Below are positions 48,451-60,610 of a DNA stretch of 63,857 bases, one piece after another (the first letter of the stretch is position 1; each line of letters begins with the position of its first letter). The notes under the pieces were generated by a model. The model saw nothing but the letters and a program-made list of their open reading frames with translations, was not told where the DNA came from and did no database searches. A program made the translations under genes and the position numbers. Origin of the DNA: Sphaerodactylus townsendi (Eukaryota); NCBI RefSeq assembly GCF_021028975.2, contig NC_059430.1, positions 37,014,001 through 37,077,857 of the forward strand, written 5' to 3'.

Positions 48451-51400
48451 TTGGATTTATATCCCCCCTTTCTCTCCTGTAGGAGGCACTTGTTGACAGA
48501 GGCAGAAGAAATCTTGCATCCCTTATTCGGAGGTGACATGGACTCAAACAATGCGTTGTCTTTCTGAAGGGCAGAGTTCTTATCAGGTAAGCCATTGAAG
48601 TCCTACGCACATCCAGGTGGTATCACAACAACTTCTTGGGGTGTTTGGGATTAGGACAAAAGGTAGGTAAACAGATTTCTTGGCATCGAAGAAACTTAGA
48701 AGAGACTTTGGGATGGAAAGAGAGATCGATGCATAAAACAACTTGTGTAGGATGCAGAGGTTGGAATTCACCGACAATGCCCCGAGTTCTGATACCCTAT
48801 GCACAGAGATGATGAAGGAAATGTCTCTGACAGGCTCAAATGGTGTCTTGTTGAGTGCAGTAAGAACTGTGTTTAACTTCCACATTGGGAATCAGTGCAC
48901 TATCACAGGTTCTTTGGTGGACCCCTTGAGAAAATGTGTCACTTGTGGATAGCCAGTAGAACACCATCCAAGGAAGGTACTGTGCACAATGGCCGCCACT
49001 TGTCTTCTTAACATGGATGACTTAAGGCCTTGTTCTACACCATCTTGAAGAAATTGATGGAGGGATAGTGACAGCAACATATGATTGATGCCCTTGCATC
49101 TGCACCACCTAATGTACTTTCCAGGTATACTCATATATCCTACTGGTAGACCGCTTCCTAGCTGCTATGATGGTCTCAGCCACATGCTGCCTAAGATCCA
49201 GGTCAGTTAGGTATTGCCATTCAGTTTCCATGTGGTTAAATGTAGCTTGTTCTGTTTTGGATGAAGAAATGGCCCCTGCTGTAGCAGATCCTGTTTGAAT
49301 GGTGGCTTGAAGGGAAGTTCCACTGCCAACTGTTGAACTGTGTTGAACCAGGGCCCCCTGGGCTAGAAGGGAGCCACTAAGATCACGATAACTCTCTGCT
49401 CCTTGATTTTCCTGAGAAACACCAGAAGAATTGGGAATGGAGGAAAGGCATAGAGAAAACATCTAGGCCAATTCGATATCACAGCATTCATTGCCTCAGC
49501 CTTGTAATAGAGCTACCTCGTGAAGTACCTGGGAAGCTGATTGTTCTGAGGTGAGGCACACAGGTCCACCATATGCCTAGTGATTTCTAGAAAGACCACT
49601 CTTTGTAGCAACCATTCACCTTTGCACAAGTGCTCCCTGCTGAACCAGTCTTCCTCCTGGTTCAAGTTCCTTTGATGTATTCTGCCTTCAATGATAGAAG
49701 ATGCTGCTCTGCCCATTCCATAATCTTGGCTTCTTCCCAATGAAGAGCCCCTGACCTGGACCCACCTTGCTTGTTCAGATAAGTCTTCATGGCCACATTG
49801 TCCATCCTCCTGACTAGGGCATGATGTCCTGTAACTTGGTTCTGGAAGACTTGGAGGGCTAAGAAAACCATCCAGGCAATTTATATGAAGCTTGGCCTCC
49901 TGAGGGGACCATCTGCCCTGCTTGGGAACACGGTTCAACACCGTGCCCCAACCTGTATTGGTTGTGATTTACTTGTAGGAGGGGAGGTAGAAGGACTTCC
50001 CCATTTGACAATCTTTGTCTTGATCCATTATGTAAGCCCCTCCCTTTTTTTACTGCAGCTGGCACCAACAGGGATTTCTCCACCTTGAATGTGATCTGGT
50101 ATTGATAAGGACATAGGAACTGCTGCAGATACCTGGAATTATACCTCATCCACTGAATGGCACCCAGGTTGAACATCAGCATTCCCATCAGACTGGACAG
50201 GAAGGAGGTATGACTGGAGGTGACGGGCTGCACCCTCTTCTTGGCTTTCTAGACAGTGATGAACAGAGCTCCTTTTGCTGTGTTGATCATGACTCCCAAA
50301 TGTTCCAGCGACTGTGTAGGCATCAGGGAACATTTGGCTTGATTCACCAAGAAGCTGTGTCTGTGTAGACAGAGCAGAACCATTTGGGTGTCGATTTGTG
50401 CCAAGTGGAATGATGGGGCTTGAATCAGGAGATCATCAAGGTAAGGGTGTAAGTGAAAACCCTGCTCTCAAAGAATCACAACCAGATTGACCAACAAGTT
50501 GGAGAAGACTTGAGGCACGATGCAAAGCCTAAAGGACATTGCTTTGTATTAATAATGACTGTCCCACATAAACAGCCTCAGGAACCTCCGATGCTTTGGA
50601 GGATGGGTATGTGGAAATTCAACCTCAGTCTGGTTGATTGAAGTGAGTTGGCAATTGACCACAAGATTTCTATGTGGAAGTTTCTGCGCTCAAATAAAGC
50701 ATTTTAAGAACTTCAAATCCAGGATTGCATGCCAGTCTCAATTTGTGGGGAGGGGAGATGGTGAAGAAAAAGGAGTACACTCCCTTTCCCAGAACCTGGT
50801 TTGGAATCTCCTCTGTCGCCTCTATGGAGATCAGGTGTTGAAGGGCTTTGAGTATCCTTGCCAGTTTTGCCACATTGCATGACCACGGGGGGAGATTAGC
50901 AAGCACTTTGATGGGATTGCCAGAAACTCGATGGAGTAACCCTGGCTTACTGCCTCCAGGGCCCAGGCATCTACCTTGGAAGTGGACCAGATGTCAAAAA
51001 ATGGACTCAACAGTCCTCCCACCTGTGCCTCTTGCCAGTCATGTCTTGGAGCACTTGGCACCCTAATCTGGGCAATCTGACCTGCCAGGGAATCTCTGTT
51101 GAACTGAAGTTGTCAGAGCTCAGGCAATGCACAACTGCTCTCCCATCAGGCAGGAAAAGAACTGAACATTGCTGGGTAATTCCCATAGGATACAGGAAGT
51201 AGAACAAGTTTAGTTCCTGCCTCCCAGGTGAATGGTGCGAAATATCTGAGAAGATGTCCTCCCAGTTCAATGGGAAAATGACAGAACCAAATCAGAGGTT
51301 AGAACAGCTAATAGAGATCACACTCAATTTTCAACAAGAAGCAAAAGAATGTTTCAATAAATTAGATACTGTACTCCCAGAGATGAAAAAAGAACTAGGA

Positions 51401-54400
51401 CAACTTAGAAAGACTGAGAGTTCAATAAAGCAAATAAATGATGGAGTTAAAAAGGCAAATGAAAAAGTAGAAGTGTTAGAAGATTAACTGGAAATCTTCC
51501 AAAAACAAGTAGACAGCCATGCAGACCATATTGCCCTATTAAAACTGAAGCAGAAAGAGAGTTCTGTGAGAATCAGAGGCTTAAAGGAACAAATAAACAA
51601 GGATTTAAGAGCAAGAACAGCCCAAGATCTGGCAATTTGTCTTGGAATGATGGCTGAAGAAGCAGATAGTGAGAGAGATAGAGTGTACCGTATAACTCAA
51701 GATTTATGAAGGAAAGAAAAACGCACCAAGGAACATTTTGATATACTTCTCAAGTATTAATAAGGAATGAAATGCTTAGGCATCATTCAGCTGAGAAATT
51801 AATCATAGAAGAGAACATAACGACTGTTACCATATTTTAAAGAAAAAATTATGGCTTTTTGGTTGAAATCTTACAAAAACAAGAGATAAATGTGGGGTCA
51901 ACTTGAAGGACTATCTTTCATGTTCAACTCAAGAAAATATAATATCAGTATGGTACAAAAGGCACAAGACTCCTTGACAAAGAATAAAAAACTAACAATA
52001 ACTGATTACTAAATAGCAAGTGGTTAATTTTCTTTTGAGAGTTGTCTAAATATATAACAACATGAAAGAGCAAAACAAATTTGTGAGAAAACTGTAATAG
52101 AATTTTTTGAAATAAGTAACAGTGAAGGACCGAAATAAAATATGAGATACTAACAAAGCATTCATGAAAGAGATACTTTTACAATAAAGAAATCTAAAAA
52201 AGAAAGAAAAGGAAAAAACAAAGCCTATTACAGAAGAAATAGAGAAAAAAGAAAAATTACAAAAGAGACCAAATAATAAGAAAATTAGACAAGCAGTAAC
52301 AAGTTTAAGAAAACAATTAGAATTACAATGAACAATGGAATTTGTTACAAATGGAAATATCTGAAACAAAAAGATTTCAAATTAGCAAACAAACCAGGGA
52401 AGTGATTAGCTGCTAAATTAAGGGGGGGAAAAGAGATAAAGATGATATCCAAAATAAAAGAAGGTGAAAATGGTATATAAAATTAAGAAAATTGAAAAAC
52501 AATTTATTAGATATTATTTGAATTTGTATAAAGAAGAGAATAAGTGTGATAAAAATGATGAGATATTTAGAAAAACAAAATATCCCTAGGCTAAAAGATC
52601 ACTTTAAAAAATCTAAATGACCTGATTAAAACAGAAGAAATAACAGATAGTACAGGAGCTTTGAAAACAGGGAAGACACTGGGTCCAGATGGATTCATAG
52701 CAAAATGTTATAAAACATTCAAGAAAATACTAGCTGAAAAACTAACAGAAATAATGAATTTAATTTTAAGAGGAGGTAAAATACCTCAATCATAGGAAGA
52801 AGTAAACCAATAATTAATTCCTAAGGAAGACCAGGATCATACTGAAGTGAAATTTTTTCCCGTTAAACAAGGTTATAAAATATTTGTGGACATTCTAGAA
52901 AATTGTTTTAAAAAGGTGCTACAAGATTATATATATGAAGATCCAGCTGGGTTTTTACCCAAAAGGCAAATAAAAGACAATATTAGAATAGTGTTAAATA
53001 TAATAGAGTATTTAGAACAACACCCAGAAAAACAAATGGCTATATTTTTAGATGCAGAAAAGGCATTTGATAATGTGAATTGGGCATTCATGAGCCAAGT
53101 CTTACAATATATGGGAACTGAAGGTCATTACCAACAGCCTGTGAAAGCTATTTATTCAACTCAAAATGCAAAATTATTGATTAAAGGTAACCTAACAGAT
53201 TCAGTTATGATTTAAAAGGGAACTAGGCAAGGATGCCCCTTATCCCCTTTACTATTTATAATGAGCTTAGAAGTTCTAAATAGAGATATTAGAAATGATA
53301 AGAGGATGGAAAGTATAAACAATAAAAGAAAACTTTAAGCAGAGTATACACAGATGACCTGGTTCTATTCCTAGATGAACCTTTAGGAAAAAAATTAATA
53401 TAATGTTAGAAAAAGTAAACAGATTTGGAAAATTAGCTGGTCTGAATAACAGACTAAAAACAAAAATGCTACTCAAAAATGTAAAGAGTGAAGAATCAGA
53501 ACTACAGGAAAAATCAGGATTTAGTCAAACTAAAATAGTAAAATACCTAGGGATCATAATGGAAAAGAGGAATAATACTTTCTTTCTAAATAATTATGAG
53601 AAAATCTGGAAAGAAATAAGATGTGAGTTAGAAAAATAGCATGGACTCGTAATTTCTTTGATGGGTAGACTGGCAATAATAATAAAAATGAATATCTTGC
53701 CTAAAATATTATACCTATTTCAAAACATCTCCATCATATTTACAGAGGATCCATTTCAAAAGTGGAAGAAAGACCTGATGAAATGTATCTGGTGTGGAAG
53801 AAAACCTAGAATCAAATATTCATCACTGATAAATACTAAGGAGACAGGAGGAATGGCAGTCCAAGATTTACAAACCTACTCTGAGACATGTTCAAAGTTC
53901 AGTAACGGTTGCAGTTTTAACCATGGCAGTAAGAGTGGAGCTCATCTCCTGCAAGAAATTCCTTCATTTCAAAAACTCAGAAAATGCAGACTCTTTGAAC
54001 TCGTCGCTAGACTGAAGGAAGGAGGGCAGGGAACAGAATGCTGAGAGGAGTGAAACTGGCCTGCCTTCCCACCTCCTGAAGAATGATTGGCCAAAGAAGG
54101 CTCTACTTGTTACTGTCCTATTCATACTTGGTTGCATCCAATGGTGTATCTACCTAGGGACAAGGGGTGCCCCTTGTCCCCAGGTGCCACTCTTCTGGTC
54201 ACGTGGAGGGCACAAAATCGGCCCCCCACGTGACCAGGAAGTCCTGCTGCCTCATCGTTTTTGCATGCCTCGACCCTGTCCGTGTCAGTCGAGGCGCTAA
54301 AATGACGAGGCAGCATGACTCCCTGCTGCCTCCAAGCACCCTCAACCCCACCCTGGACACCCTGGAGGTGGGTACCCTAGACCTTGCCCATGTCCATGGT

Positions 54401-57400
54401 GACATGGGTGGGATTGAGGGCAGTGGGGGGATGGAGGTTGGGCGAATCAGGGGGTGGAGCTGGGGGTGGGTGGGGCAGAGCCTGCGAGGCGTCCTGGAGA
54501 CAATTTGTCTCCGGGCGCTGCTTACCCCCGGTACGCCTCTGGTTGCATCTTGCGACTGCTTAAATTCAAAAATATTGGATGTTTATATGTCCAGTGTTTT
54601 CTCACTTGCTTTTCCAGATAGAGAGCACAGAGAGGATCACTGCTGTGCTGATTGATGGAGTATGAAAAATAAATGTTTGGTGGGGCATTGCCCCTCTTTG
54701 CCCTGCCCCAGTGTTTATGGGTTTCCTGCAGTGTCATCTTAAGCCTCTCCACCTCAAAATTAGTCGTTACCAGACTGAGTACAAGCCATGTAAAGTTTTC
54801 ACCAAATATTACTTGCAGCTGAACTTTCTAACGGAAATGTAAAACAAACGTAAAACAAGATCTATTAATTTGTGGAGCATTATGTAAGTAGTTGTGCGCC
54901 ATTTCACGGAACCATCCATCATACAATAGTAACTTAAAAATGCTTTCCTGCCTGTGGCTACTAGGTTACATATAACTGTTGCCACGTACAATCAATCTCT
55001 ACTGCATATTGCTACAATCTGCTTTTCTGCTTGCGTAAGAAGTAAGAGAAATACTGATTTTGCTTACTTTAGTTCATCCTCTTCAATGAAGCCACTTCGA
55101 TCTTTGTCCAGAATGTGGAAAACTTTCTCCACGTCTCCTTTGCTAAGCTTTTTCAGTCCCACCAGTTCAAAGAATTTCTTGTGGTTAAAAGAATCAGCAG
55201 CTAAAAGGAGGACGGAGCAAGATCTCTGGTGAGGCATGTTAGCAATTTGAGTGTCCTACGTCCATTCACTTTCAACATGCAAGAGCCCAAGGGTTGCTTC
55301 ACCCATCAACTGTTCACAATTTACAACTGCAGTGTCAGACAATGGCCTGAATTATGAGTCTTCCTGTTCTGCCGGCTGGTTCAACCCAGTTTCCTCAGGT
55401 CAGAGTCGACCAAGGGCCAAACAACATGAAGGCATCCACAGGTCTGAGCCATGAATGCTGCCACCATTTTAAAAGTGATTTTAGAATGTCAAGAGAGACT
55501 GATCCTCATCAGGCCCATTGAGTGGCAAAGACAAGGACTCTTGTCCCCTCTGCTTTTCTTTTCTACTTGTCAAAGCAGCTGCGTGGGGTGTTTGTGGCCA
55601 TTTTGGCCTTCAAAAAGGCAGTGGCAGGAAATAACAGTGCCTTAGCCTGCTGTGCTATAGGCCCAGTTAGGATTGGGCCCTCACAGTGTTTTTTAATCAC
55701 TTTAAAAACATGGCTCCAAGTAGTGACTGGATAGTCAGTTCAAAAACATTTTATCTGGAAGGCAAGTGACCGCCATTAGCCACTTACCCCATCCCCGTTC
55801 AACCTGCTGATGTACAGCCAATGAGAATGAGGTGGAAATGTGATGATAGAATTCTGAGGTGGTGGAACGGACAATACCACTTCACACTACAATGGGGTGG
55901 TGGCATCTTGAGTACCATATTCCCTACCAACTCACTAAGAATGGTTATTGCCCAGCGTGCTCTATGCTGAGTTAGCTTTTGACTTTCAGTTTTTAAAAGG
56001 AGCATTTAACAAGTTGTACCCCCCAACTGTAATCTGATGTGCTACTTCCCAGTGGGCTATAGTGGTTAAAGTGTTGGTCTAAGATCTGGGAGACCTGGGT
56101 TTGAATCCCCACTTTGCCATGGAAGCTTGCTGGGTGATCCTGGCCTAGTCACAAACTCTCAGCATTAATCAACCTCATTAGGGTTTTTGTGAGGATAAAA
56201 AAGCAGGAAAATACAATGATCTAAGCTACTTTGGGTCCTATTGGGGATAAAGGTGGAATATAAATAAACAAATAAATTCTGTCATTTGAGGATGTTACCA
56301 ATTCATTCTGCCACTTGTGTTCCCCAGAGCTGGCCAATCTAGGAACATTGAGGCCCCAGTGAAAGTATCTGCATAGGGCTGTAAGGCAAGAAAAATATAT
56401 GCAGAGAACTAAGAGAGGAAAGCATTTAATTATATCTTCATTGGTAGACAATCCTTCTCCTCCTTAAGTGGACACATTGTCTGCTAAAAACTAAATTCCA
56501 TCTGTATGGCTACCACCAGTAGCCTTCTCTTGGGGGACTTGCCTAACAATTTTAACCACAATTCAGCCATTGGAGATTACTGTCACTACCCTCAGAGTTT
56601 GATATGATGAGAACGGGAACACTTTATCCTCTGAGAAAGGAAAATCTAAATGGACAAAGATTAACAACAGCGGAGAAGCTTTCAAAACACTTTCAAAAGA
56701 AGAAGAAAAAAACAATTTTAATCACTTTTAGAAGCTTTTACCAAAAGAAAAAAATCCTTTAATTTCCTTAAACACATTATTTAAATGAACAAGGGCTTTT
56801 GTGATTGCTTTACACAAGTGTGTAACCAATTGGAACATTTTAAGCTTCAGAAAGATGTACGCTCATTTAAGGAAAAAATCGAGATTGTATGGGGACGAAG
56901 TAATATGACTCCTATCTTATTTCAGAAGGGAGCAGTGAGATGTTAAGGATGAGGAAATGACCTCCATCTATCTCCTTCTCCTTCCCCTTGCACAATGCAG
57001 CCCTATGTATTCAGAAGTCTTCAATGGGGCTTGGTATCATGCCGGGTTGGCTCAACCCATGGATGCAAACTAGATAATCACACAGTATGCCAAAACATCC
57101 CCAGACATTTTCCTGTGGAGATGGAGAGGACAGGAAAAATTAGCTGACCAGCTTATCGACTGGATGATATTTCCCCCATCCCCAAATCCCAGATAACATG
57201 AGACTAAGAACATTCTGATCTCTACCAGCCAGCCAGGGCTTGTGCAAAGGCCATAAAGCAAGGAAGTAAAGGTGCCACAGTCATTTACAGCAATTATTAA
57301 AACCTATCACGATCAGCTCAACATATGAAAACAGGCATCAGGTGGTGGTGGGCTGGAGTAGAGCTTTCTAATCTATCTACAAAAGCAAGATAACTTGGGC

Positions 57401-59855
57401 CATCCCAAGTAAGGACACAAAGGGTTACTTTCTTAATTTTGATCTTCTAAAATTATCAGTCTGTGCCCCAAAGGAGGAGTAGTAGAAGAAGAGTTTGGGA
57501 TTTATACCCACCTTTCTCTCCTGTAAGGAGACTCAAGGTGGCCTACAAGCTCCTTTCCCTTCCTCTCCCCACAACAGACACCTGTGAGGTAGGTGGGGCT
57601 GAGAGAGTTCCAAAGAACTGTGACTAGCCCATGGCCACCCAGCAGGAATGTAAGAGTGCGGAAACACATCTGGTTCACCAGATAAGCCTCTGCCACTCAG
57701 GTGGAGGAGTGGGGAATCAATCCCGGTTCTCCAGATTTGAATCCACCTGCTCTTAACCACTACACCACTCAGGCAAAATAGAAATAAGGGTAACAAAGAG
57801 CAGCAGAATTCACAATGGCAAATTCTGGGTGTATCTGTACGTATCCCCCCTTTCCTCCCCAACCAAGACTCAAAGTGGCTGATAACATCATTCTTCACTC
57901 CTCCATGTTCTCCTCACAACCAACACCCTGTGAGGGAGATTAGGCCAAGGAAGACAAGGTTGTCCAGTGAGCTTAGATGGCAGAGTGAGGATTTGGATCT
58001 TAGTAACCACAGCCTCTCACTGGCTGGATATCCATGTAGGGCAGTTACCTAGAGACCATTTTATCACAGCCCTCCTTTTAGAATCCAGATCGATTAAAAA
58101 AAGATGTCTCAGAAGCTTCAAAGTGTCTGAAATTAAAGATTCTTCTGCCAATGGCTTTGAATGCAGGGGAGGCTCAAGGGAAATCTAACACAGTGAATGA
58201 CCTCCAAGAAGTGCCCTGATTAAGTAGGGCTGAAGGCTTTGATTCCGTCTTTATTTGGGCAGCAGCCTTCCTCCAGTCCTGTGAGCATCCCCAGGGAAAA
58301 CCAATGAATGAAAAATGGAGGGTGGAATGCGAAAAGGGGGAGTCAATCAGTTAGTTCTTAGAAGATTCTCCCCCCCCCCCCCCCCACCCATGATGCTAGA
58401 GCTATCAAAAAAGATGAGTCAGGGATTATAGCAATTTAGGAGGATGCTTTCGTGCCTTCAATCCTTGAGGCTGTGGGTCTGTAACTTTCCTTCAGAGTTT
58501 AGCCCTTCGTGAGTTTAGCCCAAGGTCACCCCATTAGCAGGTTTCAAGAGGTGGGGAGGGTGTTTCTTACAAGGCCAGGGGTGAACCTACAAAATATGCT
58601 GGAAAACAAGTTGCCAACACAGACACGTGAGAGATACTTGGACAATGTTCTTTATATCTTTTATGTTTCTTATCAGCCCTTCTCTCATGGATACAAAGGG
58701 AAGGGCACAATACTGTAGGAACTGAAGTTTTAAGTATGTATGTTTTGATTATATAATTTTAATTGCATATACTCTGATGTTCACTGCTCAGAGCCCTGCT
58801 CGATGGGGGAATTCAGTAGAATGATGATGATGATGATGATGATGTCGATAAATAATAATAATTGCAGTTTTCTTGAGTGGGGTGGTTGGGTGAAGTTTCC
58901 TTGGACTTTGTGAGGGGCACCTGGGCTTGATTCTGCTCTCTGCTTCTGCACAATGCAGACTGGAGCGGCGGCGGCGGCGGGGGGGGGGGCTATGCAGCTA
59001 ATCTATGGGGAGGAGGGGAAAGGATGCATTGAAGAAGAGGTTGGAATATATATATCGATTTCAGATCCCAGCAATGCATCTCTGAAGGGCAGATGTCCTG
59101 AACAGGAGAGGAAGAGGGAATTGGGTGGGTGGGGTGGGGTGGGGGTGGGGTTGCATACATCCTAGAGTTGAGTATATTAGCAGCAGGAGAGGCGGTTTTC
59201 AGCCCACTCCACCCTAGCATCCCCCCCCTTTCTGAATTTTCGGGGGCAGCAGCTGCCCTCTGTGTGCTCCAAAGAAGGAAGCCCTGCAGGTAAAAACCAG
59301 ACCCCTGCTTCAGTAGCCCTAGTTAACTAACTCCAGTTCAAAAAAGCCCTCCATGTCTAAAATGCACCCCCTTCCCCCCCAACCCCCCCCCCCCCACGAA
59401 ACCATCGGGACAATGAGGGTGAGTTCTTGGAAAGAGGTGGAATTATTAGTAGGGACTAGAGAAGGGAGTGCTAAAAATCTGGGGCTGAAGGGCGCTGCTA
59501 GAAGCGCTGCTGACTCTTGCAGTCCTGCGGGATGTCCAGACGGGAAACTTCGTTCGGCGCTTCCTGCGGGACAGACAAGAGTCTGACTGCAGCGGCTCCT
59601 TCGTCCTCCGTTATCAAATTAATGGGGCGTCTCATCTCTGGAAGTTGGCAGGGGACGCATCCCTGGATTGCTCCTGGCTTTCTCCTGCACCGCCCGCCTT
59701 CCTGCTAGATCCTCTTTCGGGAGAAGCCCCCCCCCTCCCACCCCCCACCCACCCGGGGCAAAGAAAGACCACCGGGGGCTCCGGCGTGGCTCACCTGCAA
59801 AGGCTGCCACCGCCTTCTTGATGTCGTCCGCTTTGAGCACGTCGGTCATCGACAT
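42002..59855 (-). CDS. PVALB: Parvalbumin alpha; join(59855-59795,55200-55068,43526-43417,42030-42002), 333 nt, 110 aa
   Basis: [110 protein letters not shown]. Two canonical EF-hand loops, exon sizes 61/133/110/29, GT-AG introns, adjacent to IFT27. Confidence 0.98.
43417..43526 (-). CDS. PVALB: PVALB coding exon 3 (EF loop [11 protein letters not shown])
   Basis: TAG acceptor, GTAGGA donor, 110 nt. Confidence 0.97.
43679..43781 (-). mobile_element. Penelope-like element terminal fragment
   Basis: 12-bp TSD ATTTATTAGGAC; CTCTGAAGATGCCAGCCACAGATGCAGGTGAAACGTTAGG...CCCGGAAAGCCCACCACAACC. Confidence 0.8.
43731..43771 (-). ncRNA. Minimal hammerhead ribozyme motif (Penelope-type)
   Basis: CCU-CUGAAGA-U-[GCCAGC..GCAGGU]-GAAA-CG-UU-AGG: core boxes, helix II, palindromic ACGU helix III, 3-bp helix I. 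Confidence 0.6.
44150..44250. mobile_element. 101-bp hAT MITE
   Basis: TIR CAGTGGTGG(A/G)ATTCA; TSD ATGCTAAG/ATGCTAGG. Confidence 0.85.
45280..45322. repeat. (TG)n microsatellite
   Basis: About 21 units. Confidence 0.97.
45696..46616. mobile_element. Non-autonomous hAT element (921 bp)
   Basis: Termini CAAGGATGTAGGTA...TACCTATGTCACTG; perfect 8-bp TSD GTGGCCTG; internal sequence shared with 60611-62965. Confidence 0.8.
46940..46990. repeat. (CCT)n microsatellite
   Basis: About 15 units. Confidence 0.97.
48383..48486 (-). repeat. (GTA)n microsatellite forming the tail of a truncated Squam3 SINE
   Basis: About 22 GTA units followed by TTGGATTTATATCCCCCCTTTCTCTCCTGTAGGAG. Confidence 0.85.
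48487..51265 (-). mobile_element. Decayed DIRS1-like (tyrosine recombinase) retrotransposon
   Basis: RT (QVGG.L..F..IW...[14 protein letters not shown]; PYLDDLLI), RNase H ([28 protein letters not shown]), YR ([14 protein letters not shown]; [15 protein letters not shown]; RVSELGALS); many frameshifts. Confidence 0.88.
51266..53890 (+). mobile_element. Decayed L1 LINE (ORF1 coiled-coil/RRM plus ORF2 RT; endonuclease region not seen)
   Basis: ORF1 ...[10 protein letters not shown]; ORF2 [52 protein letters not shown]. Confidence 0.9.
55068..55200 (-). CDS. PVALB: PVALB coding exon 2 (CD EF-hand [12 protein letters not shown])
   Basis: TAG acceptor, GTAAGC donor, 133 nt. Confidence 0.97.
56056..56277 (+). 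mobile_element. Old Squam3/MIR-like SINE
   Basis: AGTGGTTAAAGTG...GGGTTTGAATCCC...GCTGGGTGATCCTGGCCTAGTCAC. Confidence 0.7.
57484..57770 (-). mobile_element. Squam3-type SINE
   Basis: Reverse-complement Squam3 body and (TCT)n tail. Confidence 0.85.
59795..59855 (-). CDS. PVALB: PVALB first coding exon (exon extends to 59863 with 8 nt of 5'UTR)
   Basis: ttcttccccgcAG acceptor, ATG at 59855, GTGAGC donor. Confidence 0.96.
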
Positions 59856-59939
59856 CCTTGCAACTGCGGGGAAGAAGAAAGAGTCAGGCAGAGGGAGAAA
59901 GAGGCAAAGTGCAGCCAAAAAAGAACATTAAGGAGGAGG

Positions 59940-60500
59940 AGGAGGCGGGAGGGGGAGAAAAAAAGTGCCCTTATCATTTCTGCTCATATGACCAAAGCTG
60001 CAGTGCCGGGCGGGGATGGCACACCGGGACCGGGCTGGAGCCGTGCCAGCCACAAGCAGCGAGACGCACAAATGCCACCGAGGCGCTCTCGTTGGTGCAC
60101 CCTCCCAGGAGGGCCGGAGCATCACTTGGCAGAAGAGTCCCGGGAGGGATCAGGGCTGGGCAAGGGCTGCTTGGGCGCTGGTTTGCAGACAACTCTGCTC
60201 TGAGTGCAAACGGTGTGGGGCGGGGGGGGGGGGGGGGAGGATAGGACAGAGGTTGGCGTAAGGAGTCAATCCAAGGTCATGTTGTGGCTGGTGGAAGGGG
60301 GCCGTGCAAGAGGCACCGGGGCAAGGGTTGTGGGGCCTTCTGAAATTGAGTTATTAAACTCACGCTAATCCTGTTGAGCTCCCTGAAAGCTCTGACCAAA
60401 AGGCACAGATCTCTTCCCAGCTCTGGCCGAAGGGCACAGACCTCTTCCCCTTTGATTTTTGCAACTACTTCGGTTCAAGGTTAATTAGGGAGCCCCATGA
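59940..60500 (-). promoter_or_regulatory. Probable PVALB proximal promoter and non-coding first exon (boundaries unresolved)
   Basis: The first coding exon has a splice acceptor, so an upstream exon must exist. Region is GC/CpG-rich and has CCAAGGTCA (ERR/NR5A-type half-site) at 60271-60279. Confidence 0.45.
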
Positions 60501-60610
60501 CGAATTAACTGAACTCTTAGCTTTGCTAATGTTCAACCTTTGGGGCCTTTTTACAAACCGACAAATCTGACTGCATCACATACTGGAGCCATGAGTGTCA
60601 GACTTATGAA

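Noticed and set aside
46800-48610. ORFs with poly-Leu/Arg/Val/Tyr runs
   Set aside because: Artifacts of (CCT)n and (GTA)n microsatellites
59619-59918. 99-aa ORF suggesting an N- or C-terminally extended parvalbumin
   Set aside because: Only 59795-59855 is exonic CDS; the flanks are intron, bounded by a clear acceptor and donor
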